From Phoronis australis (lineage: Eukaryota; Animalia; Phoronida): a stretch of DNA of 64,000 bases. The translations under genes and the position numbers were made by a program. Shown in pieces: positions 1 to 11,957 of the stretch (position 1 is the first letter of the stretch; every line of letters starts with the position of its first letter). The notes beneath the pieces were generated by a model. That model had not been told where the DNA came from, made no database searches, and saw only the letters and a program-made list of their open reading frames with translations. The stretch lies in assembly GCA_002633005.1 (NCBI GenBank), contig NMRA01000641.1, positions 110,361 to 174,360 on the forward strand, given 5' to 3'.

Positions 1-192
1 TACGGGTGTATCATTAGCCGAGGTTGATGCACCTGTTTTATATGGGTGTATCATTAGCCGATGTTGATGCGCCTGTTTATATGGGTGTATTATTAGCCGA
101 GGTTGATGCGCCTGTTTTATATGGATGTATCATTAGCCGATGTTGATGCGCCTGTTTATATGGATGTATCATTAGCCGAGGTTGATGCGCCG
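1..192. repeat. Minisatellite, 39-40 bp unit, about 5 copies (truncated by window start)
   Basis: Unit TATGGGTGTATCATTAGCCGA(G/T)GTTGATGCGCCTGTTT(T)A repeated directly; explains the spurious ORF 103..294. Confidence 0.95.
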
Positions 193-3120
193 TCTGAGAA
201 TTTTCAAGAGGCCGAACATATTCAAACAACACACTTAGGTTATCTCAAACCTTATTTTGTGGCCTCCATTCTAACTCGTATATCAAACAACTAAGCTTTG
301 TCTACTAGTAAAAGTATATATTTTCTGAAAGAAAAAAGGTCAGGAAATATAAAATTATGTTTTGCACTTAGGTGCCATTACTATTATTACGTTAACACCT
401 TATTAAGTCAAAATTTCATTTTCAAGAAAGGTACATTCAAAGCAAAATAACCCCTCAGTCGATTTTAATGAAACCTTTTTTTAAGGAATTTTCGATTAGT
501 CTTTTCGATTGGTTTCTATGACAAATCAACACGCGAAACGTAAGGTATTTTTGTAAAAAATAGAAGTCGTATTCGTCTTTGTTACAGTACGCAAAAACTA
601 GGCTTTCATATCAAAAATCCTAAAAGAATATTTGAGATTGATGAATAAATATTACGTTTGGAAAGTTTCAGCGAAATCCACCAAGCCGTTTTCGAAATCT
701 CGTATTCCTACCTTCAAATATAGTCGATTTGTGGCACCAGCGGCACCTTCAAAACCAAAGTTGAGAAACACCGGCGAGGTCGTTTCTACTCATGTCTATT
801 GGATATTATTAGTCGGAGATACGCATTTTTAATTTTTTGCTAAGGTGCTAGGTTTATTTATGAATGTTAGGTTTCTTTATGAATATTAATACCACTAATT
901 TCTTATGAAAATTTTCTAATCAAATGCCCAATGTATGAAAAGTAAATAACAATAACCTTCTCATATTTTGTATTCCTTATTTGTTTTATGGTGTATTCTA
1001 TTATGTTGTGGTCTCCCTCCATTTCTCCATCCCTCCCTCACTCTCTCTCGCTGCCTTCCTCCCTCCTTCACGTATCTTAAGTTTGCACAAAAGAATAATG
1101 GAAAATTTCAAAAATAATTTCCAGCTCGATTTAAAGTAAAAAAGAATAGACCGCAGGCCCTCACGTCTCGAAAAGTGTGCGAGCGTGTGTAGTGCGTGTG
1201 CGCACTTGTATGAATGAGTCATCAGCTATGTTTCTTCTTCATTTGTATGCAATATTCGTGACAAAAATCTATCATGGTCAAAAAAAGAAAACCATTGTTT
1301 TTGTGATTTTATTCTAGCAGCCAGTATTTATTGAAGCATTTCTGTTGCACTAGCAGTATTTATTGAAGCAAGCGCAACGGTGCCATTTTTATCAATATCC
1401 GATGGAACAGTGATTTGCAATGCAGATGCTGGCACTTCAAATCAAGTTCCAATAGAACAGTGGTTTGCAATGCAGAGGTATGCGGCTCAAATGAAAACCA
1501 GATATCAATCAGTTTTCAATTCAGTGAACAGAAATCGTGTGCAACGAAGAAATCCAATGCCAATACTAGAGGCAGCCTCGTCCCCAAACCTCAAGATGGT
1601 GCTGATGGGTTTTGAGGCCTGGTTATGGCAATGAGCTCCTGGTATAGCTCATTGGTTATTGGAAATGAAATGTGTCAGAATTCTGACACAATTTTTTTCG
1701 GAAATTACCGGAATATCACGAGTAATATAATTTTAAAAATTTCTGCAGTTTTATACAAAAATGAAAACTTACAGTATGTTTAGCAATTTAGGTCCAAATT
1801 ATTGAAAAAATGCTTTATTTTGATTCGAAAACAGATTAATTTCTCTGATGCCATTAATAAAAAAGAATTGAAAATAAGTACGGGAACAACCTTTATTTCA
1901 AACACTAACCAAAACAACGCCTTCTGCTTCGTGAATGGCAGCAACAACGCCTGTGAAAATAGATAAAGTTTGCCTTTGTTTTAAGGACGTCAAGGCAGCA
2001 CCCGATTATTGCGTAGAAGGTACTTCTCACAACCAAGTCTCAAATGGCTAAACCAATTAGCGCCATCTTGAGGCTTGGGGGCGAGAGTGTACTAGAGGCC
2101 CTTGGTCTTACTGACATGACGTCTCCAAGATATTGAGAAGTGATTTCTAATCTGTGATAAATGATCAAGTGTTTGATGGCCAGGTTTTGATCAACGTGTC
2201 GGCAAATTAGTAGTCAACCACGCGTGTGTGTTGATGTGTGTAAAACAATATTTATTAGTTCATTGATTGATTAATTGACTTAATAATCACTGTTAGTTAT
2301 TCAATGTAGTCAACTTTCACCAAAATTGTAAAGTCAATAACTACAAGTATTCGGTTGCTTTCTCTATTTACAGACAAGGTCGTCGACTCAGTTGCCTTCT
2401 CTATTTGTTGATAAGACACTTAAAGAAGTGGACTGTTCTGATGTTTTTGTATAAAGATTCTGGTTCCGTTATTTTCAATAGTTATGAACACATCAATTGA
2501 ATATATCATAAAGTTATACCTGTACATTGAGCAAATTTAAGTCCTAGGAATTTAAAGTTCAGTAACACTAGATTGTAGCGGTCGTTTTTTTTGGTACGCC
2601 ATTAGATTTTTTGCAAATTTCGACTTAACAATTTTACATTATATTCTGTTTTGAAAGAACGTAATTTGTGGATATACTTTAGGTTTTACAAGAGTGAAAA
2701 GGAAAGACTATACTAAATATCGCCAGTCCGCCAGATGTCGTTTCGCTGTAGCCAGCGCTAGTCTCCTGCACAGACCCACGAGATTGGTTGGGGTCTGCTA
2801 CAGGGCACTTTTCCATCTCCATTCTTGGATTATCATTGGCTGTTACAATTTCAAGAAACAGGGCATTCTATTGGTCAGTTGTATAATAGGTCAAACCAGT
2901 TCACCAACATGGCGACTTCCAGTAAAAGAATGTCGATGGATTTACAGCTGATTAAATCTCTCTGTTTTCATCGAACACCCGCATTTCAAAGCTAACGAGC
3001 CAAGGAACACATCACCAGTAACGCATACGAAACATTTTATGATACTTTTCTTGTATACTATGCTGGATTCTGAAATAATGTGATTTTTTACGAAATAATT
3101 TTTGAAGGCATTACCTGCCA

Positions 3121-3475
3121 TAGCCAGCCAGCTGTATGAAGACTGTCGTCAAAATACAGCTTGGTACCACTTACCACTGTGTGTATTTCTTCCGTAGACC
3201 TCGAAATTGCACACAGTCAGGGTAGTTCTGGTTGTCACCTCGCCGTGAAACTTGTATCAACATGTAAAGCTAAAGACCGGATGGGGTGCATGCAAAATCT
3301 GGGAATCAATCGACACTCACCTTGCCCGTTACAGCCATTTAAGTGAAAAACAATGCAATAAACATCATTTTCTTGCGCAACTCTCTGTCTTTTCTAACAA
3401 TGAAAAGTATGTCGTCGTTTTGAAAACAGTACGCTCGTGTCACGCGCACGCGCCATTTCCTAAATTTTTGCGACA
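3121..3475 (+). repeat. Interspersed repeat, inverted copy of ~38297-38670
   Basis: Blocks such as GCTGTATGAAGACTGTCGTCAAAATACAGC and GCATGCAAAATCTGGGAATCAATCG occur as reverse complements in RPS3A intron 1. Confidence 0.85.
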
Positions 3476-3606
3476 TCTCTCGGGAGATGATGATAGCTTG
3501 GCGGCAGCAAAATTTCTTCTGAAATTCAGTTTTTCGGTATCAAAATTCTAAAAGCTTATAATGAAGTGAAACCAGTTCCGATAACTTGTTGTGACGTGTA
3601 CGCAAC

Positions 3607-3760
3607 CTCGTGAAAGAAGAACAGTTGATTGAAGAATCGTCGAAAAGAGAAACTGGCCAATAGGTGACGCAATATTTCATGGCACCGAAAGCCGTCGCCA
3701 AAAATCGCTCCATAACTTTAGCAGCAGACTAAGGGTAGAACGCCATTTTTCCCAACACCG
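3607..3760 (+). repeat. Fragment of the MITE family also at 61581-61757
   Basis: Shares GAAGAACAGTTGA, AAACTGGCCAATA, AATATTTCATGGC and GGTAGAACGCCA with the 61.6 kb copy. Confidence 0.7.
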
Positions 3761-4046
3761 TTAAATAATTTAATTTACTAAATGAAGACTGTAGTTTTTA
3801 ATGACACTAATTTTGTGTCACATTTTATCTTACCACTTTTTTACCCACATCGGTGCAAATATAAATATACAGCTTTGTACCAAGGCTATACCTGCCATTA
3901 CCATTACCCCCAGGCATTAGGCCACCCACAACAACAGTCATTTTAGGCGTACTAAAGCACCGAATAGCGGGAAAGGACTAGCTGAGAGCGTCGCGGCCAC
4001 GGGAGATTGTCTTGATCTTTTTAGAGCACACCCTCTGGTATGTTAA

Positions 4047-4979
4047 AGGAGCATGCCACCCAAAGAACAACCTAATTTTTATCAATTTAGATCGCGTAGT
4101 TCTATTCCATAACGACACGTACGGTTACGTTACCTAACACCTGACGGCAGACGGAGGTGTTGAAATTATCCAATGACGTCTTCGGTTTCACACGCAGTCT
4201 GTTCAGCAGTTCACAACACGGGTTACTGGTGTCAGCTTATCACTTGAAGTCATCGTTTAACAAAAATCATTCATCAAACTTCGATGTAAAACCCTTAAAA
4301 ATACACCGAGTTCTTATAAAAACGTGTTGTTTTATTTCGCTCTTACGGATTTATTGGTATTTGGACACACCGTAGCCTACAAAGTTCGGCAGGTCATTTG
4401 TTCCTTAGCAGGAGTTTGGGGTCTGTTCGGAGATAATTTCGAAGTATTTTCCGTGAGATACAGACAGGAGAACCTAGATCTGTGTTGTTTAGACTTGTGA
4501 TTTTTTGCGTTCTAAACACAAAACGCTTGTTATCCTAGCCAGTGGCTCGGAGCCCGATCAGGCCCGTCGGACAACGGAACGTATGGAGTTATTTGGTAAG
4601 CCGGCATTCGTCAGGCACTGTCGACGTCTGCAGGCCACAGACACGGAGATGTTTCATCATACTTGCTATTTACAGCGTACATTTCATTGTTGGCTACCAT
4701 GAGCCACTTCTTAAGCATTTCGGACTGTCGAGGAAGTAAAAAAACGACATACCCGCTTTTCTCACAGCTGCTTAGTTCGGACAAGCGGGAACGATGCACC
4801 GCAACATAGCGGCATTCACTCTGCATATGAACCACTGACGTCGCTAGCTTCGTTTCTCACCTTCCTCACAGGTTAACGCGACACCTCTTGGTAAGGTAAG
4901 TCGACCGTATGCGAGGCGATGTGGATATAGACCGATTAAGACGGCAAAAAAGACTAATTAAATCGGGTGGCATTCTCCT
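4047..4979. mobile_element. Non-autonomous Kolobok-type DNA transposon
   Basis: TTAA at 4043-4046 and 4980-4983 flanking 15-bp TIRs AGGAGCATGCCACCC / GGGTGGCATTCTCCT (1 mismatch); TTAA TSD with AGG termini is the Kolobok signature; no long ORF. Confidence 0.85.
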
Positions 4980-7405
4980 TTAACCTGTTCATGTGCGTTA
5001 TATAAGTTGAAGTGAATGCCGTGAAAGTTGAACTAGTGGGTCAGATAAGGATGTATATGCTGTCATTGTCATATAGCCTAATACACTGGCATACTTGTCA
5101 CTTCTAACAGAAGTTCGGAGCATAAAAGTACAGTCAATGGTCCTAAACATGCAAACATTAATCAGTCTGGCAATAGTTTTATAATGATTGATATAATTGC
5201 TTTTGGCGGTGCCATTCAGCAGTGCCTTTGACTGCCATCGTATAGTCATACGGAGTATTCAATTATTTCGGAGGTTGTTTGTTGCTATGAAATTATGATT
5301 ATACCCACCCCTTTCTATAATCAGCAAGATAAAACCTCACCCTTTTGTGTCACAGTCATTAGAACTGACCCATTTTGGTGAGAGCCTGAATGAAAGAGTC
5401 AACTTCTCTGATAAAATAATTACGCAAAGTTATTATTTACAGGGAATTGAATTTCAGCAAGAAGCTCTCCGGGCTGTATTTTTTTTAACACAACATTCAC
5501 AAGCCTTAGTTGTATATGAAACCTTCAGTGGTTTTGGTGGAAATGGATCATTTTATACTGTTCGAACCAAAAAGTAAATATTTTTGTTTGGAATTTAGTT
5601 GGAAATTCCCCCTTTCATGAGGACTTTTGCAATGCCTGAGTCTCTGGTCAGACTGGCACATTTGGTCATATGCAATCTATACAAGTCTCCTCTCTCTCTT
5701 GGACCCCGACTAGTCGACTTTCATTTTTTGCTCTCCATGTTCACATGATATCAAGTGTTGCAGTTTGCAACAATCATCTATTAATTTCAGTCTAGTTGCA
5801 AAACAATGTCTCGGAACCATTCTAAAACATTCCGAAAGTTTCGCTGCAATCAAAGCATTCTGGAGTAAGCAAGTGGATTTCAAAACCTGGTTCGTTGAAA
5901 TGACTAGTGGCAAAAACATCTTACATTTCAAAATTGGGAGCTCAGGGTACTTCAAAGATTTCGAGTTGGGTCACTTAACCCAAATTGACGGTTTCTTGCG
6001 CGTTATCACTCACTGGCAATCTGCATTTTGAAAACAAGTTTTAATGCCTGCTATTCAGTGGTTCTTGTTATGCAGTTGAAAACATTGGTTCTCAAAGTGG
6101 GGGTCCCCTGTATGTGACTATTACCTTTATGTTTGCTCTGTGTTTTGAACAACATGCTAGTGTGTCATTCTTGTGGTTAGGATCTACATAATACAGCAAT
6201 GATTTTAGTCAACATTTCGGTCTTTTTGAACAGTTTTTCAAAATTACAAATTTGAAGCTTATTGAGGGGGCCTCCTCGTGGCAAGAGTTGGGCAGTGTGA
6301 ATTGCTTCAGAACATATGTACTGGCAAACACCCTCACGTTGACTCATAATTAAAAACCGTGATGTCATTAATGTGCTCCTAGAAACATTACACTCATAGG
6401 CTACAAATCACACAACATGCCATGAAATTTGTCTAACCATTGGGAACTTTATTTTGCTGATGTATTGATCAGAAATATGGTTTAGTTCAGGGACTGAAGT
6501 ACTAAGTCTGGGCACTATTAACATAGTGGTGGGGCGCACAACAGGGCTACCCCATCTTCATTGCAGACCCTTCCCCTGATAGAAACTCATTCAGGTTTTG
6601 TGCTTGCCTAGCTCCCCGTCCCTGTCCCCTGTTCATGCAGTGCCTCCAGGTTGCCTCTCATCACAATCACAATCATTGGTCGCCAACAATTTCTTTTGAA
6701 TAATTCTGACTACACCAATGGTGCTGGGGGAATAGGTTATTAAAGACCCGACTACCATTCAAGTTGCACATTCACTGCCTTGTGAAATCATAAACCATTA
6801 TGAAAGTAACACTTGGGCCCTGGGTTTCAAATTTTACTAGAGATTATTTTTATTATTTATGACAATTAATGATCCCAGCAATGGAGCTAAGAGTTTGAGT
6901 CTGAGCTCGAGGTTTTGCTTGAAATCTTGAGTTTTTACTCAAATTTTAGCTCGAATCTTGAACTTGCAAGGAAGTGGACTGGAAATGACCAAAACAATTT
7001 CGAGTTCAATTTTGATTGAAAGCATCACTCTAGAGGTGTATTCCCAAAACATGATCACATAATGCCTTTTCAGGGTTTTAAATCAATCCATCAAGACCGG
7101 GCTAGAACCTGTTAAGCATTTTAATACAATGCGGAGAATAAAAAAGCATCTGTACTAAGATAACCCATTTTAAGTTACTTATCCACAAAGTGTACCATTT
7201 TTTAAGCTGTTATTACCCAACCTTTTTTAGAACCGTCATGTAACAATATAAGATTGGTCTCACTACCAACAATGTTTTTGGCCTAAATAGGAGCAAAAAT
7301 CTAATCACAATTGGTCGCATGGAGATTGGCATATCCTGGATACTAGTGTCTGGTGTCAATCTTCACGTGTGTGCTCGTGATTTAGACTCTCTCTCTCTCT
7401 CTCTC

Positions 7406-7764
7406 NNNNNNNNNNNNNNNNNNNNNNNNNNNNNNNNNNNNNNNNNNNNNNNNNNNNNNNNNNNNNNNNNNNNNNNNNNNNNNNNNNNNNNNNNNNNNNN
7501 NNNNNNNNNNNNNNNNNNNNNNNNNNNNNNNNNNNNNNNNNNNNNNNNNNNNNNNNNNNNNNNNNNNNNNNNNNNNNNNNNNNNNNNNNNNNNNNNNNNN
7601 NNNNNNNNNNNNNNNNNNNNNNNNNNNNNNNNNNNNNNNNNNNNNNNNNNNNNNNNNNNNNNNNNNNNNNNNNNNNNNNNNNNNNNNNNNNNNNNNNNNN
7701 NNNNNNNNNNNNNNNNNNNNNNNNNNNNNNNNNNNNNNNNNNNNNNNNNNNNNNNNNNNNNNNN
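7406..7764. other. Assembly gap (N run) preceded by a (CT)n microsatellite
   Basis: Run of n; CT repeat immediately upstream. Confidence 1.
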
Positions 7765-9299
7765 CGGTATTGAGGGGAAGTTATTTCACGTCTAAGGCAT
7801 GAAATTTCTTCCCCGTGAAATTTCTTCCCAAATGAAGACGGCAGAGCACAGCTATAAAATAAGCCTAAAAATATAAATTCACTACGTGTGTGATAATGTA
7901 ACGATTTTAGTCAATTGCCATTGTTATGTTAGACATTGGTAAATGAATTATAATTAGATTTACTTCAATTCAGTCGCCGGTCAGTACTGAGGCTTGCGCA
8001 CGTATGGCATAGTATACTTTGCGGGTTGTGATCATGCTTTTGTTTGTTTTATTGTACTCTGTAAACTGTATTATGAGCTAATATTACTTATGTTAATAAA
8101 CCTGTCACCCTCTGTCTCACTCTCTCTGTCTCTTTCTCTCTACTTGCGGGGAGGAATCCCGTTAGCTGCTAGGTAGGATCGTGCCCCTGCTGCCGTGGAG
8201 TGCATCCGGACCGGGGAGTCCTCTGTTGAAAGGCAAATTAGTAAAAAGCACTTTCAAAAAAGTGACATTCTGTAGACTGTATACTTATAATTGATTTATA
8301 AGATTAAAATATTTCTGAATTTCATTTCCTGGCCTGGGAGTGGCCAGACCTTAGGCCCGTCGCGGAAGACTCGCTCTTCGTCGTCACTCCGATCTCAGTG
8401 TTCTTTTTCGCTTGTACTCAATCCTTGATAAACAAGACTATTTTAGTCTGTTATATTCCATAGTGCTGTATATCAAGGAACTTGCAAATATATATGTAGT
8501 AGGAATTACTTACTTCATGCGGGAACAAGACGAACGAGTATCCTGAGTGAATTGAAGTAAGGTGCAGATCAAACCATATAATAAACAGTTTTCAATTCGT
8601 AGGCCTATCAAAAATGTCTTGATAATTCGGAAAAACTAAAAAATATCCAAGAAAATTATTTCTAGACCAAAGAAATTGAAGGCCTTGGTATCTTTAGCAA
8701 AACTTGAGAATACAGTACCCTATTTTTAATTAAACGTTTTTGAAAAATCGCAAAATGTCAAACTGAAAATAATTCAACGTACTCGAAATGCGATTTTATT
8801 CTGGCTGGCACCAGAAAGACTGGAACTGACGCTTGTTTTTTTTATACAACGAAGGTACAGGGGCCTACTCTTTACGTATATACGGGTGTGTGTGTGAGTG
8901 TATAATTAAACACTGCACTATTACAGACCCCTAAATTAGTGATATTCCATCGATTTTGACTGAATATTTAATGTTTCCCACTTATTTTCGGGTTACCAAT
9001 CCAGTTTAAACATGTCCTTCAAGGAATTATCTCAGTGCATTGTAAAAATAACTAATTTTTCTATAGCCCCGAATTCTTTGTAGGCCCATAAACGAAATGG
9101 ACCTTACCTAGAAATGTTGTGTGACATAATTGAAGTTGAAGAATTATTACAACCTCAATTTTCTGTGTGGAGGTTAACTTGATTCGCCAAAGAATCCCAA
9201 TCAAAAATTTTTATGACCTATAAGTTTATTGGTTAGCAGTGAAACATGCTCAGACAAGTTTTCATTTATTGAGAAGTCAGTAAATATTTTACAAGAAAA

Positions 9300-10400
9300 C
9301 AGGTGTCCTGTAACTTGATAAAATATGAAAGCCAAAAACCTAGCATAACTGGAGCCACAGCTAGAAAACGTAAACATTTTTGTACAAACTTAGACCAAAA
9401 TCGCTTTCAAAATCTTCAATTTTTAGAGCTCATCTATGAAAGTTCGTACAGTACATATTCATAATGTCTAATGTAACTCTTGGAGACAAAACACATGGTC
9501 TTTAACTTGGTTAACTGTGAGAAGCAAAAAAGCTAACATGACTGGGGCCAATAACGAAATTCGCACAAATTTTACTACATTTTCAAGCCAAAATCGCTTG
9601 CAAAATCTACAATTTTTGGAGCACATCTGCAAAAGCTGGTACAGTACATATTCATCATGTCTAATGAAAGTCTTGGAGACAAAACCACAGGTTTCTTAAC
9701 TTGATTACCTTTGAGAGCCAAAAAGCTAACATGGCTGGAACCAATAATGAAATTCGCACAAATTTTACTACATATTCAAACCAAAATCGCTTTCAAAATC
9801 TAAAATTTTTGGAGCACATCTGCGAAAGTTAGTACAGTACATATTCATCATGTCTAATGAAAGCCTTGAAGACAAAAACACAATGCTCTTTAACTTGGTT
9901 AACTGTTAGAAGCAAAAAGCTAACATGACTAGAGGCCAATAATGAAATTCACAAATTTTACTACATATTCAAACCAAAATCGCTTTCAAAATCTAAAACT
10001 TTTGGAGCACATCAGCGAAAGTTGGTACAATACATATCCATGATGTCTAATGAAAGTTTTGGAGACAAAACCACAGGTTCCTTAACTTGATTACCTTTGA
10101 GAGCCAAAAAGCTAACATGGCTGGAACCAATAATGAAATTTGCACAAATTTTACTACATATTCAAACCAAAATCGCTTTCAAAATCAACAATTGTTGGAG
10201 CCCATCTACGAAACTTGGTACAGAAGACATTCATAATGTCTAATAAAAGCCTTGAAGACAAAAACACATAATCCTTAACTTGGTTAAATGTGAGAAGCAA
10301 AAAGCTAGGATAACTGAGGCCGCAACTGAAGTCCCAAATATTCTAATACGCAACCGTTTTCAAAAATCTACAACTCTGAAATTGTATAAAATATTTTTCT
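9300..10400. repeat. Tandem satellite, 193-bp monomer, 5-6 copies, alternating A/B variants
   Basis: CCAAAATCGCT recurs at about 9395, 9588, 9781, 9974 and 10167 (193-bp period); edges degenerate. Confidence 0.92.
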
Positions 10401-11957
10401 CAATGTGTATCGAAAATTTAGGGACCATAAACAGATGTTTTCTTACTTGATTATATACAAGAGCTAAAGAACTAGCATTTTTAGGTACCCATTTGAAAAC
10501 ATCAGAAGCGTGTGTGTCGTAACCTTGAAGAAGACTTGTCTAAACAGCAACGCAGCTGGAAACGAAGAAAATCAGAAGTTAAACAGTACACCAAAAATCA
10601 AGAAATCAGCATAATATGTTGTTACGAATTTCTGATAATGGGACAAATTTCCACTTCTCTTTAAAGAGGCAAGTGAATGCTCGTCAACAATTGCTGACGT
10701 CTAGTACAGCATTTCACATTAACATGTGAGGACATTTTCAGAAGAAATCACAAAATTCACGATTTTGAATGATGCACGTGAAGAAAAACTCTGTGGTTAC
10801 CACAGAGTTTCTAATGTCCGTCACACTTATGATAAATGCATACATGCGCTTCCAGTCAGTTTCTTCAAGTTGCTTGAGGTCAAGATCACAACTCCCAAGT
10901 ACATCATTTAGCGATTCCAATCAGCCAATATCACAAACTGTTTTTCTCCCACCTATTTCCCAGAATGCAGACTTTTAATGCGTTATCAAGCAATCAATTT
11001 CGTATCAGAAACTGTTAATCCAAAATCTATCTTATTCAGGTATGCACCAGTAACTCCTACATGCACACACAAATAAGGAAATTGCATCATCAAAGCTGTC
11101 CGTAAAAAGTATAGGTTAGTTATATTCAGAATGTACTTCACTAGTCTTGTTATTTTTTTCTCCAAGTATGATCGTAAGACGGTGTGTAGTATAACTCCTA
11201 GACACACACATCAAACTGACATAAAACGCTTACAGTATTTTGTTGGACATTAAATCGACTTGTAAGTATAGAAACATCTTTGCATTTGAATCCAAGAAGT
11301 CTGCTGCAATAAAGTACCTGCTGTGTGCAGATGACATGGACAATGTTGCGTGGACACGACGTATGCTGCTGACTCCTCTTGCTTTGACGACGTTGAGGAC
11401 ACACTGCATGATGGATGAAGCTACAGCCTATCAAAACAATTCACATGCATAAGTACAAATAATAGATATTCAGACATACCTTAGCGGTCATACAATTTGG
11501 TGGTGTAACTCCTTAAAACACATGTATAACAAAAACACATAATCAAAACTAGGTGACTCATCATTATCACAGTCAGATGTTCCATTTCAATTACCGCAAA
11601 ATCGCGGGTTAACGCCCATGCCCGTGTAATCGCCCATCCCGATTTTTGGTCAACTTCAGTTTACGCGCCCACCGCTTGGGTAATCGCCCATCCCTTACTT
11701 TGTGCTAATTTCCACGTAAGCATCCATCTCTCGGGTAATCGCCCATCCCCAACATGCAGCTTACAGAACTTACACTCAAACCCATGCGGATACGGAATGA
11801 CATTCAAGCTCCGTGTTATGACATTTTGCAGCATCCTGTGGTTGTTAGGTCCTGCTGTTTGACCAAACATACAAGTTCCGTGCTTGAATGAACAATCCGC
11901 AAACTTCCCCAGATCTGCTAAAACTTGGAAATAAGCGGTCACTGCTGACCCCCACAC

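Noticed and set aside
1-192. Regular ~40-bp repeats as a CRISPR-like array
   Set aside because: Units are contiguous with no unique spacers, no cas genes, and the context is eukaryotic; it is a minisatellite
10650-11450. Faint minus-strand resemblance to a transposon protein (GLTVSDT and SAFWEIGGRKT versus LTGCDT.SAF.G.GKKT)
   Set aside because: Too degenerate and frameshifted to support without a tBLASTn/HMM search
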